Shown here one piece after another: positions 1-10,675 of a stretch of 48,023 bases of DNA (position 1 is its first letter; each line of letters begins with the position of its first letter). The stretch spans positions 1 to 48,023 of the forward strand of contig PWXL01000114.1 of assembly GCA_003561145.1 (NCBI GenBank). The letters are read 5' to 3'. The stretch is from Candidatus Atribacteria bacterium (GTDB lineage Bacteria > Atribacterota > Atribacteria > Atribacterales > Atribacteraceae). The notes beneath the pieces are model-generated. The model searched no databases. It saw only the letters and a list, made by a program, of their open reading frames with translations, and had not been told where the DNA came from. Position numbers and translations under genes: made by a program.

Positions 1-7
1 GAACAGC

Positions 8-95
8 TGGTGCCGAAGGCGGGATTCGAACCCGCACGGGCGCGGAGCCCGCGAGATTTTGAGTCTCGTGCGTCTGCCTGTTCCGCCACTTCGGC
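8..95 (-). tRNA. tRNA-Leu (anticodon CAA)
   Basis: Reverse complement of 8..95 reads GCCGAAGTGGCGGAACAGGCAGACGCACGAGACTCAAAATCTCGCGGGCTCCGCGCCCGTGCGGGTTCGAATCCCGCCTTCGGCACCA. It has a 7-bp acceptor stem (GCCGAAG/CTTCGGC), an anticodon stem CGAGA/TCTCG with loop CTCAAAA (anticodon CAA), a long variable arm CGGGC-TCCGC-GCCCG, a GGTTCGAATCC T-arm and an encoded CCA. Confidence 0.93.
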
Positions 96-109
96 ACAGA
101 TGCAGTAGT

Positions 110-138
110 AGTATAGTCAATCGCATATTGTAATGCAA
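110..138 (-). promoter_or_regulatory. candidate sigma70-type promoter for tRNA-Leu
   Basis: On the minus strand: TTGCAT (138..133), 17 nt spacer, TATACT (115..110). It lies about 14 nt upstream of the mature tRNA 5' end at 95. Confidence 0.5.
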
Positions 139-160
139 CTGTTTGCGGGAAGGAACTTCC

Positions 161-1912
161 ATGTCGGGTGACACAAATGAACTGGTATTGATTGACGGTT
201 ATTCTCTGGCATATAGAGCCTATTATGCTCTTCCCCGCTTCACTACCAAGGGTGGTAAACCCACGGGTGCCATTTATGGTTTTATCAACATGCTGTGGAA
301 GATTATTGAGAACTGCAAACCATCAGGAGTTGTAGTCGCCGCTGACGCTCCCCGGCCGACTTTTCGCCATAAAATCATGGTTCAATACAAGGCCCAGAGA
401 AAACCAATGCCCGATGACATGAAGCCCCAGATCGCTGACATTAAAGAACTTATTGACTTGTTGGGAATGAACTGGGTAGAGGAAGAAGGATATGAAGCTG
501 ATGATCTGATAGGAAGCATTGTTGCAGAGAGACAAACACGTAAACATATGGCCATTGTAACTTCCGACCGTGATTTGCTGCAATTAGTGGGAAAAAAAAC
601 GGTTGTGTTGCGGCCGGTCAAAGGGATTTCCACCATGAAACGGATCGATGAGGCATTGCTCAGGGAGGAACTGGGTATTTCCCCTTCCCAGGTGGTGGAT
701 TTGGTTTCCATGGCAGGCGATGCTTCAGACAATATCCAAGGCTTAGCGGGTGTAGGAGAAAAGACAGCCGCACGTTTACTCAACCGTTATGGAAATTGGG
801 AAAGTATCTGTTCTCATATTGAAGAAATCTCTCCCCGTATACGCCGTTCCATTGAAGACGGGAAAGACCTGGTGGAAGAAAACCGCCGCCTGGTAGCGAT
901 ATTTACCGGATTGCGTCCCGTATTGCAAGAAGAATGGAATCCCGGAAAAATACAATGGGAAGATTTTTTCAAAAAGCTCGACGATCTGGAGTTTCGTAAG
1001 CTTGCAGAAAGGTTGAAAAAAAAGACAATACGCATGTTTTCAGAAGAGAGGGAAAGGGGAAATGCAAGGGGCGGCAATACAAAAAGCAATCACAGGGTAT
1101 CCAGTTCCGGTGAAAAGAAATTTCTGCTGCTCGCTCATCCTTTTCCTCGTTCACGGGAAGCCCTCAAGCAAGCCATGGAGTCGGGGAGCGGAAATTTTTT
1201 CAGCCTGGAAACAGCCCTCTTTGTAACACATCCATGCGAGCTTCCTCGCTGGAGAGAGACAGTGGGAAAAACACTGGAGCAAAACGCGGCCGGAGAGCCC
1301 TTTTTCCTCATAGTCCAGGAGCACTTGGAACGTCATTTCTCCCTTGAACGGTCTTTGAGGGAAATCGAATTTCCTCTTTTACGCGCATTACTGCTTGATG
1401 GATGTGCAATATCCGGACTTCCTCTGTACACCTCTTTTCCCCTTCCCGGAGAAATGAGCGCAGCTGGCTCGGTATATGCAGATCTTCCTTTGTTTGCACA
1501 AGAGGGTGAATACACCATCAAGGTGCTTGAGCCTGATTTTCCGGAAACTATGGTCGATTCTGAATCTTCGCTGAGAGGGGCGGTCACTACTTTTTATGGA
1601 CCCCGCTTCCTGGGGAACACGGGAACAACGAGTTCCCTGAGAAAAGCTGCCTGTTGCCAGGAGGTTTTACGAATCTTGTGCATGGTGTTGTTCACCCAGG
1701 GAGTGAAGCAGATACGCCTTCGGCCCAGGGAGATACGTTTTTCGCCTCCGGACAAGAACCGGGCTGCACGTTGTATTACCGCTGCCGTTCAACGGACTGG
1801 GGAACTCCTGGGAAGCACATATTCACTGGAAATCTTGCAGGAGCTGAAAGATGTGTGGACAATCGGGTTATGCTGGGCGGGTGAGGAGAGCGTACCATGG
1901 ACATTATCTTAG
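161..1912 (+). CDS. Pol I-family 5'-3' exonuclease (FEN-like) with a short degenerate polymerase-like C-terminal half
   Basis: The N-terminal ~295 aa carry the 5'-nuclease motifs DGYSLAYRAYYA, TFRH, YKAQRKPMP, GYEADDLIGS, TSDRDLLQLV and GDASDNIQGLAGVGEKTAARLL. The C-terminal ~290 aa have no clear family motif beyond short Pol I-like islands (see findings). ATG at 161 is preferred over the ORF-track TTG at 143 because GGGAAGGA (147..154) sits 6 nt upstream. Confidence 0.8.
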   Translation: MSGDTNELVLIDGYSLAYRAYYALPRFTTKGGKPTGAIYGFINMLWKIIENCKPSGVVVAADAPRPTFRHKIMVQYKAQRKPMPDDMKPQIADIKELIDLLGMNWVEEEGYEADDLIGSIVAERQTRKHMAIVTSDRDLLQLVGKKTVVLRPVKGISTMKRIDEALLREELGISPSQVVDLVSMAGDASDNIQGLAGVGEKTAARLLNRYGNWESICSHIEEISPRIRRSIEDGKDLVEENRRLVAIFTGLRPVLQEEWNPGKIQWEDFFKKLDDLEFRKLAERLKKKTIRMFSEERERGNARGGNTKSNHRVSSSGEKKFLLLAHPFPRSREALKQAMESGSGNFFSLETALFVTHPCELPRWRETVGKTLEQNAAGEPFFLIVQEHLERHFSLERSLREIEFPLLRALLLDGCAISGLPLYTSFPLPGEMSAAGSVYADLPLFAQEGEYTIKVLEPDFPETMVDSESSLRGAVTTFYGPRFLGNTGTTSSLRKAACCQEVLRILCMVLFTQGVKQIRLRPREIRFSPPDKNRAARCITAAVQRTGELLGSTYSLEILQELKDVWTIGLCWAGEESVPWTLS

Positions 1913-3321
1913 CGGCCTCTGAAGCACATCCTTTTATCAAGACCGGTGGAATGGGCGATGTGGTTGGCGCTTTGTGGAAATTTCTTCCCCGCCGGGGTTT
2001 CCGGGTGCGTCTCTTTCTGCCCGCTTCTCCTCACTTGTTTGAAAAATATGCATTCGAAGAAATGAATTCCATTGATTTTACCTTCGCTGATCAGATGAAC
2101 CGTGCCCGTTATTTCCTCTTCCAGGAAGAGGAAAGAGAGGTCATTATGGTGGATGGAGAAGGCTTTTTCAACCGTGATCGTATGTACGGCTATCCTGATG
2201 ATGTGAAGCGCTTTATATTTTTCTCGCGAGCCGTTTTTGAATATATAGTGCGCTACCAGCAGGAAGAATTCGTTCTGCACTGCAGTGACTGGCAAACAGC
2301 GTTGCTGGCAGCTTATGTAAAAATGTACTGGCCATCGTACCAGCGTACTCCCCGCAAAGTGGTTTTTACCATCCACAATCTCGCATACCAGGGAATTGGA
2401 AGTAAAGAGCTTTTCCGGCTGGTAAACCTTCCGGGACATTTTTTTACCCACGAATACCTGGAATACTTTGGAAATATGAATTTACTGAAAGCCGGACTTG
2501 TGTTTTCCGATCTTATTACAACAGTGAGCCCTACGTATGCTAAAGAAATCGCCACTCCTGAATTCGGGGAAGGACTTGACGGTCTGATTCGAGCCCTTTC
2601 TCTGCGTAAAAGAATTCTTGGTATTGTCAACGGCATTGATACCGAAAATTTAGACCCTTCAAGCGATGATGCAATCCCATTCCATTACCAGGCCGGCAGC
2701 ATTGAGAATAAACTGAAAAACAAAAAAATTGTGTTGGAACAGTTTTTCCCGGGACAGGGAGAAAAACTCTTCACCCGGCCACTGGTGTCTTGCATTTCCC
2801 GCCTCGTGGAACAGAAGGGATTGGATTTGCTGTTGACCAACCCTGACAGCTTTTTCGAGACTTCCGCAACCTGGTTATTTTCAGGGGTGGGAGAGCCTTC
2901 CTATGAAGGGGCCTTGAAAAAACTGGAGAAAAAATACCCCCGGGTACGCACAATTTTGCGCTTTGACGAACATTTATCCCGCTTGTTGTACGCGGCCTCT
3001 GATATGCTGATTATGCCCAGCCGTTTCGAACCATGCGGAATATCCCAGATGATAGCCATGCGTTACGGAACGCTTCCCCTGGTTCGGCGGGTCGGCGGCT
3101 TGAACGATACTGTGGTGGATTTTCCCTTCAACGCAAACCTGAACACCGGATTTCAGTTTGACAACTATCGTTCGGATGATTGCTTTTTATCTTTTCAGCG
3201 GGCTCTTGCCATATATAATACACAGCGTGATATGTGGAATGTAATGGTCAACAATGCCATGGAGTCGGATTTTTCCTGGGAGCGTCCGGTTGAACGGTAT
3301 GCGGAAATGTACCTTCACTAA
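1897..3321 (+). CDS. glgA: glycogen synthase (ADP-glucose type)
   Basis: N-terminus MDIILAASEAHPFIKTGGMGDVVGAL (KTGG motif), 474 aa, with the GT5/GT1 C-terminal half (SRFEPCGISQMIAMRYGTLPLVRRVGGLNDTV). GAGGAG lies 8 nt upstream of the ATG. Overlaps the previous gene by 16 nt. Confidence 0.9.
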   Translation: MDIILAASEAHPFIKTGGMGDVVGALWKFLPRRGFRVRLFLPASPHLFEKYAFEEMNSIDFTFADQMNRARYFLFQEEEREVIMVDGEGFFNRDRMYGYPDDVKRFIFFSRAVFEYIVRYQQEEFVLHCSDWQTALLAAYVKMYWPSYQRTPRKVVFTIHNLAYQGIGSKELFRLVNLPGHFFTHEYLEYFGNMNLLKAGLVFSDLITTVSPTYAKEIATPEFGEGLDGLIRALSLRKRILGIVNGIDTENLDPSSDDAIPFHYQAGSIENKLKNKKIVLEQFFPGQGEKLFTRPLVSCISRLVEQKGLDLLLTNPDSFFETSATWLFSGVGEPSYEGALKKLEKKYPRVRTILRFDEHLSRLLYAASDMLIMPSRFEPCGISQMIAMRYGTLPLVRRVGGLNDTVVDFPFNANLNTGFQFDNYRSDDCFLSFQRALAIYNTQRDMWNVMVNNAMESDFSWERPVERYAEMYLH

Positions 3322-3352
3322 AAACGCAACAGGGCGGAAAGGACGTATTCCC

Positions 3353-3952
3353 GTGCTTGGTGTAGGGGGTGGGGCAGGTGCTGGAAAAACCACTCTCGTT
3401 GCAGTACTCGGCAGGCGCGGATGGTCGGTGTTGGATCTTGATGGGGAAGCCCGGAGGCTCTGCCGCAAGGGAGAGGACATGTGGAAAGCCCTGGTAAGAG
3501 AATTCGGTCCCTCATTCCTGGAAAGTAATGGAAATCTTGACAGGAAAAAAATGGGATGGTTCGCTTTCAAGCGAAGGAAAAATCTCCTTTCCCTCAACCG
3601 TGTCACCCACTCCCTTTTATTCCGTGAGGCCAGGAAACATATTGCCCGCACGCAGGGAAAGGGAATAGTTATAGACGGCGCCATACTCTATGAAGGGGGG
3701 TTCTTGCCCTTGTTGGATATGCTTATATTTGTGGAAGTCGATCCCAGGGAACGTATGAAGCGCATGTGTAAAAAATGCTGTACAGAAAGGGAAGCACAAA
3801 GGAGAGTGAACGGGCAAATCTTTCTTCCTTCCCTGCGGCGGCACTCAGATATAGTGTTACAAAACCAGGGAACCAGGGAAGAACTGAAGGGTATTACAGA
3901 AAATATCCTCGATATCATCGAGAAGCGCTTCCTTCTGTCCCGGGCGGAATAG
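3353..3952 (+). CDS. coaE: dephospho-CoA kinase
   Basis: P-loop LGVGGGAGAGKTT close to the N-terminus and a size of about 200 aa are typical for CoaE. GTG at 3353 is preceded by GGAAAGGA (3336..3343, 9-nt spacing). An in-frame ATG at 3299 (overlapping glgA) is the alternative start; the ORF track begins at 3254. Confidence 0.78.
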   Translation: MLGVGGGAGAGKTTLVAVLGRRGWSVLDLDGEARRLCRKGEDMWKALVREFGPSFLESNGNLDRKKMGWFAFKRRKNLLSLNRVTHSLLFREARKHIARTQGKGIVIDGAILYEGGFLPLLDMLIFVEVDPRERMKRMCKKCCTEREAQRRVNGQIFLPSLRRHSDIVLQNQGTREELKGITENILDIIEKRFLLSRAE

Positions 3953-4007
3953 AAGGCGAAAGTTGTGGGTTGTCAATCGAGATATGGAGAGACAGCATGC
4001 GCACACT

Positions 4008-5999
4008 ATGAAAAAAGAAGGGTCGTTCGCGCTGGCTTCACTCTTTTCTCCGTGTGGAGACCAGCCTCAGGCAATTCGTAAGCTCGCCCAAGGTTATGAT
4101 GCAGGAATGCGCTCTCAAACCCTCCTGGGGGTGACAGGGTCCGGAAAGACTTACACCATGGCCAATGTGATTGCCCGGCTTGACCGCCCAACCTTGGTCA
4201 TATCGCACAACAAGACCTTGGCTGCGCAGCTATTCAGTGAGATGAAAGTTTTTTTTCCTGATAATTCTGTTCAGTATTTTGTGAGCTATTATGATTACTA
4301 TCAACCGGAAGCCTACGTACCCGCGCATGATCTTTATATCGAAAAAGACGCTTCAGTGAACGAACAGATCGAGCGGATGAGACTTGCCGCCACAAGCGCA
4401 CTCATGGAACGGAATGACGTGGTAGTTGTTTCATCCGTATCGTGTATATACGGTATTGGGTCACCTGATGAATACCGCAGGAGAATATTCCGTCTCAGGG
4501 CAGGAGAAAAGTGGGACAGGAATTTTTTTGCCCGTAGATTGGTGGATTTGTTGTATGAACGTAATGAGATCGAACCAGTACCCGGGTCTTTCCGCATGAA
4601 AGGAGATACGGTGGATATTTTCCCACCTTACCAGGAACGAGGGATTCGGGTGGAATTTTGGGGTGACGAAGTAGAAAGTTTGAAGATTTTTGAGCCGGTG
4701 AGCGGGAAGACCACGGGCTCTTTCCAGGAAGGATTTATTTTTCCCGCCAAGCATTACCTGGTGGATCCGGCCCGTTTCGAAGTTGCCCTGGGCAACATAG
4801 AAAACGAACTCTCTGCAAGGGTGGAGCAATTACTTTCCGATGGACGGCTTGCAGAAGCAGAACGGCTGGAGAGAAGAACACGCTATGACCTGGAACTGCT
4901 GCGTGAGACAGGATATTGCGCGGGAATAGAGAATTATTCCCGGCACCTGGACGGGAGGCAGCCAGGTGAGCCTCCTTATACATTACTCGATTACTTTCCG
5001 GAAGGTTCGCTCACCATAATTGATGAGTCTCATGCCACCATACCCCAACTGCGAGGAATGCTGCATGGAGATCGTGCCCGGAAACAATCTTTGGTTGATT
5101 TCGGGTTTCGTCTTCCTTCCAGCTTTGACAACCGGCCCTTGTCTTTTGAAGAATTCGAGGGGCGGGTTGAAAGGGTTATGTATGTTTCGGCAACACCGGC
5201 TCCCTATGAAGTTTCCAGGAGTGAACAGGTAGTGGAGCAGCTCATACGTCCTACCGGGCTGGTAGACCCGCTTATTGAAGTCCGCCCGGCCCGGGGGCAG
5301 GTGGAGGATTTAGTGGCCCAAATCAGAAAGACCACCGAAAAAGGCTTTCGAACACTGGTGACCACTTTAACCAAACGGAGTGCCGAGGATTTATGTGAGT
5401 ACCTTCGGGATTTGGGTATACGGGTAAAATATCTTCATTCTGAAATCAAAACTCTTGAGCGGGCGCACATTATCAAAGAGCTACGGGGAGGAGAATTTGA
5501 CGTGCTTGTTGGAATAAACCTTCTACGGGAGGGACTCGATCTTCCCGAAGTGGCCCAGGTGGCTGTCCTTGATGCCGACAAGGAGGGGTTTTTGCGATCC
5601 GAGGTTTCCTTGATTCAAACTATGGGAAGAGCGGCTCGAAACGTGGAAGGCCGTGCCATACTGTATGCTGACCATATGACCGGTTCTCTGGAGCGCGCGG
5701 TCGAGGAAACCGAAAGGAGGCGGTCGGTGCAACTGCGTTACAATACAGAACACGGAATAACACCCCGCACTGTATTGAAGGAAGTGCGGGAGATGTTCCC
5801 GGATATTGTCGGACTCTCTCCCGAGGCGGAAAAAACCCTTTCATACCTCGATTCGTCGGAGAAAGAAGGGATCGATAAAGAGGAGCTGGCGGAACAGCTC
5901 ACACAGGAAATGCTCGAAGCTTCGAAACGCTTGGAATTCGAGAGAGCGGCCCTTTTGAGAGATGAAATATTCAAGCTCAGGCGCCGTACGGAAAAATAA
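4008..5999 (+). CDS. uvrB: excinuclease ABC subunit B
   Basis: [14 protein letters not shown], Walker A GVTGSGKT, helicase motifs, and the C-terminal UVR motif [20 protein letters not shown] 4008 ([11 protein letters not shown]...) matches usual UvrB N-terminal length. Alternative starts are 3984 and 3963. Confidence 0.95.
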   Translation: MKKEGSFALASLFSPCGDQPQAIRKLAQGYDAGMRSQTLLGVTGSGKTYTMANVIARLDRPTLVISHNKTLAAQLFSEMKVFFPDNSVQYFVSYYDYYQPEAYVPAHDLYIEKDASVNEQIERMRLAATSALMERNDVVVVSSVSCIYGIGSPDEYRRRIFRLRAGEKWDRNFFARRLVDLLYERNEIEPVPGSFRMKGDTVDIFPPYQERGIRVEFWGDEVESLKIFEPVSGKTTGSFQEGFIFPAKHYLVDPARFEVALGNIENELSARVEQLLSDGRLAEAERLERRTRYDLELLRETGYCAGIENYSRHLDGRQPGEPPYTLLDYFPEGSLTIIDESHATIPQLRGMLHGDRARKQSLVDFGFRLPSSFDNRPLSFEEFEGRVERVMYVSATPAPYEVSRSEQVVEQLIRPTGLVDPLIEVRPARGQVEDLVAQIRKTTEKGFRTLVTTLTKRSAEDLCEYLRDLGIRVKYLHSEIKTLERAHIIKELRGGEFDVLVGINLLREGLDLPEVAQVAVLDADKEGFLRSEVSLIQTMGRAARNVEGRAILYADHMTGSLERAVEETERRRSVQLRYNTEHGITPRTVLKEVREMFPDIVGLSPEAEKTLSYLDSSEKEGIDKEELAEQLTQEMLEASKRLEFERAALLRDEIFKLRRRTEK

Positions 6000-6070
6000 C
6001 ACTCGTTCGAGTGAAGAGACTGGTATCCATACTATGTGCACAGGTAAAGGACGCTGGCAGGGTGGTGCAA

Positions 6071-8875
6071 GTGAAAAACGTGATTCTGATTAAAGGAGCA
6101 CGAGAACATAATTTACAAAACATTGACGTGGAAATCCCGCGCCAAAAGCTGGTCGTGATTACCGGATTGAGTGGATCGGGGAAATCGACCCTGGCTTTTG
6201 ACACTATATACGCTGAAGGGCAAAGGCGATATCTTGAGTCGCTGTCTTCCTATGCGAGACAGTTTCTGGATCGCATGGAGAAGCCCGATGTTGACAGTAT
6301 TGACGGACTTTCTCCTGCAGTGGCAATCAACCAGAAAGCTTCATCCCATAACCCCCGTTCCACAGTAGGGACAGTCACGGAAGTGTACGACTACATGCGT
6401 GTTCTTTTTGCCCGTTGCGGAGAGGTGTTTTGTCCTCAATGCCATAAAAAAGTCAGCAAGCAAACCGTCCAGCAAATAAGTGAAGAAATACTCTCTCTCC
6501 CTGAGGGGAGCCGTGTAATGATTCTGGCGCCCCTGATCAGGGGAAGAAAGGGTGAATACCGCAAGCTGCTGAGTAATATGCTACGCAATGGATTTGCACG
6601 AGCCAGGGTAGACGGAGAAGTTATGGAACTGGAGGAGTGGGAATCACTGGAACTTGACCGCAACAGAAAACATGAGATCGACCTGGTGGTGGACCGGCTG
6701 GTAGTCCAAAGAGAGCAGGAGCGCCGCGTCGCTGACTCGGTGGAAATCGCCCTGCGTTATGGGAAAGGTCTTGTTCGTATGATCGTTGTTGAAAAGGCCG
6801 GGAATGACGAAGAGCGATTTTTCAGCGAGCATTTTTCCTGCCCAGAATGCGGAATCAGTTTTCCGGAAATCACACCCCGGATGTTTTCTTTTAACAATCC
6901 CTATGGTGCCTGTTCCCGCTGCAGTGGTTTGGGGTCATTGAGCTTTGTAGATCCCGCCCTTGTTGTCCCGGATAATACCCGGTCCATAGAGGAAGGAGCG
7001 GTTCTCCCCTGGGAGGCGATGGATGAAGATGATTTTCGAACACACAAAATCCGGAAAAAATTGCAGGACAACGAGATCTCTCTCACGGTGGCATTCCGGG
7101 AGCTCACTGAAAAACAACAAGCGTTTGTGTTGTATGGAAACAATGGATTTGAAGGAGTGGTATCCCTGTTGGAAAAGAAGCTCTCCAGAGCTTCAACCTG
7201 GTGGGAGCAGGAAGAGGTAGCTCCCTTCCTGGCGCAACGGTTATGCCCGGAGTGTGGAGGAACCCGCTTACGCAGGGAGAGCCTGGCTGTAAAAATTGAA
7301 AAATGGTCGATAGGAGACCTTTCACGCCTATCTATAGGTGAACTGCAGCAATTTTTTCAACGTTACGAGCCCCAGGGAAACCGTGCGCTCATCGCGTCAC
7401 CGATATTGCGGGAGATACGCGCCCGGCTGGGGTTTTTATCGGAAGTCGGACTTGAATATCTTTCCCTCGGGCGCTCGGCTTCCACGCTCTCCGGAGGCGA
7501 AGCGCAACGTATACGGTTGGCTACCCAGATCGGATCGGGACTGGTGGGGGTGCTCTATGTTCTTGATGAACCCACCATCGGACTGCACCCCCGCGACAAT
7601 AAAAAACTCATTGCTACACTAAAAAAACTCCGTGACTTGGGAAACACGGTTTTAGTGGTGGAACATGATGCTGAAACGATGGAGAGCGCGGATTACCTGG
7701 TGGATATGGGTCCCGGAGCCGGCAGAGAGGGTGGGAAGATAGTGACTTGCGGGAAGCCCCTGGAGGTGAAAAATAATCCCGACAGCCTCACTGGCAATTT
7801 TTTAAGCGGTAGAAAAGAAATACCGGTGCCACACCGAAGACTCATACCAGAGGGCAGATGGCTGGTAGTGAAAGGGGCCAGGGCGAATAATCTGAAAGGG
7901 ATCGATATTCATGTACCACTCGGATTGCTCGTAGGGTTGACCGGGGTCTCCGGTTCCGGGAAAAGTACATTGATGGAAGAAGTTATTTATCGTTCGCTTG
8001 CCCGCCGCTTTTCCCGCTCGGGAGAGCGTCCCGGAGAACACGATGGCATTGAGGGTGCCGATTACCTTGAAAAAGTCCTCGAAATCGATCAATCTCCCAT
8101 CGGTCGAACACCCCGTTCCAATCCCGCTACCTATACAGGGATTTTTACGGAGATACGCAACATGTTTTCGCGGCTCCCGGAAGCCAGGGCACGGGGCTAC
8201 CGGCCGGGAAGGTTCAGCTTCAATGTCAAAGGCGGACGGTGTGAGGCTTGCCAGGGAAACGGGGTTATTAAAATCGAAATGCATTTTCTGCCCGATGTGT
8301 TTGTTACATGTGAACATTGTAAAGGAAGCCGTTATGCCCGGGAAACCCTGGATATCCGTTACAAGAAAAAAAGTATTGCTGAAGTTCTTGATATGACAGT
8401 CGAGGAGGCTTCGCCCTTTTTTGAGAATATTCCGGCGATACGGAGGCGTATCGAGATTTTATGCAAGGTGGGACTTGGTTATATCAAGCTGGGACAGAGC
8501 GCTACGACTCTCTCGGGAGGAGAAGCCCAAAGAATTAAACTGGCACGTGAATTGAGCAAGATTTCTTCCGGAAAAACACTGTATCTGCTTGATGAACCGA
8601 CAACCGGACTTCACTTTGCAGACGTTGAAAAATTGTTGGAAGTGCTTTTCGAGCTGCGGCGGCGAGGGAACACTGTTTTGGTTATCGAGCATCATCCCGA
8701 TGTTGTGAAATCCTGTGACTATCTCATCGATCTGGGACCCGAGGGAGGCGAAGGCGGAGGGTGGATTGTAGCGCAGGGAACTCCGGAGGAGGTTGCTACA
8801 CATCCCGCTTCCCATACCGGTCACTTTCTCAAAGAGGTATTACGCTGTGACACAACAGCGATATACCAGGCGTGA
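6071..8875 (+). CDS. uvrA: excinuclease ABC subunit A
   Basis: [48 protein letters not shown], two ABC ATPase modules (LSGGEAQRI twice) and zinc-finger cysteines. GTG 6071 gives the canonical N-terminal length. The ORF track starts at GTG 6011, which has no SD. Confidence 0.95.
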   Translation: MKNVILIKGAREHNLQNIDVEIPRQKLVVITGLSGSGKSTLAFDTIYAEGQRRYLESLSSYARQFLDRMEKPDVDSIDGLSPAVAINQKASSHNPRSTVGTVTEVYDYMRVLFARCGEVFCPQCHKKVSKQTVQQISEEILSLPEGSRVMILAPLIRGRKGEYRKLLSNMLRNGFARARVDGEVMELEEWESLELDRNRKHEIDLVVDRLVVQREQERRVADSVEIALRYGKGLVRMIVVEKAGNDEERFFSEHFSCPECGISFPEITPRMFSFNNPYGACSRCSGLGSLSFVDPALVVPDNTRSIEEGAVLPWEAMDEDDFRTHKIRKKLQDNEISLTVAFRELTEKQQAFVLYGNNGFEGVVSLLEKKLSRASTWWEQEEVAPFLAQRLCPECGGTRLRRESLAVKIEKWSIGDLSRLSIGELQQFFQRYEPQGNRALIASPILREIRARLGFLSEVGLEYLSLGRSASTLSGGEAQRIRLATQIGSGLVGVLYVLDEPTIGLHPRDNKKLIATLKKLRDLGNTVLVVEHDAETMESADYLVDMGPGAGREGGKIVTCGKPLEVKNNPDSLTGNFLSGRKEIPVPHRRLIPEGRWLVVKGARANNLKGIDIHVPLGLLVGLTGVSGSGKSTLMEEVIYRSLARRFSRSGERPGEHDGIEGADYLEKVLEIDQSPIGRTPRSNPATYTGIFTEIRNMFSRLPEARARGYRPGRFSFNVKGGRCEACQGNGVIKIEMHFLPDVFVTCEHCKGSRYARETLDIRYKKKSIAEVLDMTVEEASPFFENIPAIRRRIEILCKVGLGYIKLGQSATTLSGGEAQRIKLARELSKISSGKTLYLLDEPTTGLHFADVEKLLEVLFELRRRGNTVLVIEHHPDVVKSCDYLIDLGPEGGEGGGWIVAQGTPEEVATHPASHTGHFLKEVLRCDTTAIYQA

Positions 8876-10667
8876 GGTTCCTCGCGATGCGGTTTCAACC
8901 CTTCCGGATTCCTGCGGAGTATATCTTTTCAAGGACCGGGAAGGTGATATCATTTACGTGGGCAAGGCGAAAAGCATAGTGAAGCGCGTGAAATCCCATA
9001 TTCTCCGCCGGGCGAATGTTGTTTCACGGGTGGAAATGAGTGGTGAAATCAGTACAATCGATTATATTTTGACCCGGGACGAACATGAAGCACTCTTGCT
9101 GGAGGAAAAGCTCATCAAGGGGCACAGCCCCCGTTTCAACCTTCGACTCAAAGATGACAAGAGCTATCCGTATATCCGGTTGGACATGGAAGATCGCTAT
9201 CCTGCCATTCACTTTGCGAGGAGAAAAACATCCCCTACGGGTCGATTTTTCGGTCCACTTACCGATGCTGGAAAGGCACGGGAGGGGATAAAACTTCTCC
9301 GCACACTCTTTTTGTTGAGGGGATGCAGGATTCCGGAAAAACGGTTTCCCCTCGAACGCCATTGCCTGGATTATGAAATAGGCTTGTGTTGTGCTCCGTG
9401 TACCGGACGAATTACTCCGGAAAAGTATCGTCACCTGGTTCGTAAGGCACGTACTTTTTTAGAGGGGAATTTTGAAAAAGTGGAAACATGGTTGGAGAAG
9501 GAAATGTGGAACGCAGCGCGAACCATGAATTACGAGAACGCCGCCACTTTACGGGACCGTTTGGAAACAGTACGGAAAATTTCCGCCCGGCATCGCCTTG
9601 TTCTCCCTGAAAATGAAGACGTGGATTTTGTTGAAGTATGTGTTCAGGAGGGGCTGGCGGGGATTGTTGTCATGAAAGTACGCAGGGGCCGCCTGGTTGG
9701 AAGTGAGAGTTTTTTTGCCCAGGGCGATGTGCACATCGATCGAAGAGCAACCCTTGTCGAGTTCCTCGGGTCTTTTTTTTCTGAAAATATTGGGCTCCCG
9801 GAACGGGTGTGTACTACCGTCGGTGATATATCATCCCTTGCGCGCATTTTGGGGGAGGAGGGAATCGACATTACGCTTACATCCCCCTTGATACCGGCTG
9901 AAAGGGACATGTGCAATTTTGCCCTGGAAAACGCTGAAAAAAATCTCCTGTCGGAACTGTCAAGGATTCGGAAAAAGGAAATGGAAAAGCAGAGCCTTCT
10001 TTCCTCATTAGCGGAATTTTTGGAGTTACCATCACTTCCCGTCCTGGTAGAAGGGGTCGACATATCCACATTTCAAGGAGAAGACTCCGTGGGTGTGGTC
10101 GTTGCCTTTCGCGATGGTGAGCCACTGAAAAACCGCTACCGGAAGTTTATTGTCCGACTTCCATCCTCAACTGATGACACGGGGATGATGGCAGAGGTCG
10201 TCAAGAGGCATGTTCTCAAATTGAAGAAGGAGAATAAGGAGCTTCCTCACCTTCTCCTGGTAGACGGTGGAAAGGGCCAGCTATCGGCAGCTCTCGAAGG
10301 AGTGGAGGCTGCTGACCTTTTTCTGCCCGTGGTAGCCATCGCCAAGGAATGTGAAGAACTGTACCTGCCGGGGAGATCCCGGCCGGTTCGGCTTCCACCG
10401 CATTCACCCGTACTCCGGTTTTTTCAACGCGTCAGGAACGAGTCACACCGCTTTGCCGTTGGTTTTCATCGCAGACGACGCAATGCCAGGCTTTTTCATT
10501 CGCTTTTCGAGGAAGTGAAAGGAATTGGACCGATCCGTAAAAAAAGATTAATGGAAGGGTTTTCCGACTTATCAAGCATTCAAGAGGAGGATCCACTTCA
10601 CACAAGCAAGCGTCTTGGCATACCCTTGCGGGTTATTGAAAAGCTACAGGAAAAAATGAAAGAGTGA
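8847..10667 (+). CDS. uvrC: excinuclease ABC subunit C
   Basis: GIY-YIG region GVYLFKDREGDIIYVGKAKSI, UVR domain (YENAATLRDRL), and C-terminal endonuclease and HhH region. GTG 8847 has AAGAGGT about 8 nt upstream and overlaps the uvrA end. The longer ORF from TTG 8793 is possible. Confidence 0.9.
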   Translation: MTQQRYTRREVPRDAVSTLPDSCGVYLFKDREGDIIYVGKAKSIVKRVKSHILRRANVVSRVEMSGEISTIDYILTRDEHEALLLEEKLIKGHSPRFNLRLKDDKSYPYIRLDMEDRYPAIHFARRKTSPTGRFFGPLTDAGKAREGIKLLRTLFLLRGCRIPEKRFPLERHCLDYEIGLCCAPCTGRITPEKYRHLVRKARTFLEGNFEKVETWLEKEMWNAARTMNYENAATLRDRLETVRKISARHRLVLPENEDVDFVEVCVQEGLAGIVVMKVRRGRLVGSESFFAQGDVHIDRRATLVEFLGSFFSENIGLPERVCTTVGDISSLARILGEEGIDITLTSPLIPAERDMCNFALENAEKNLLSELSRIRKKEMEKQSLLSSLAEFLELPSLPVLVEGVDISTFQGEDSVGVVVAFRDGEPLKNRYRKFIVRLPSSTDDTGMMAEVVKRHVLKLKKENKELPHLLLVDGGKGQLSAALEGVEAADLFLPVVAIAKECEELYLPGRSRPVRLPPHSPVLRFFQRVRNESHRFAVGFHRRRRNARLFHSLFEEVKGIGPIRKKRLMEGFSDLSSIQEEDPLHTSKRLGIPLRVIEKLQEKMKE

Positions 10668-10675
10668 GGAGAGGT

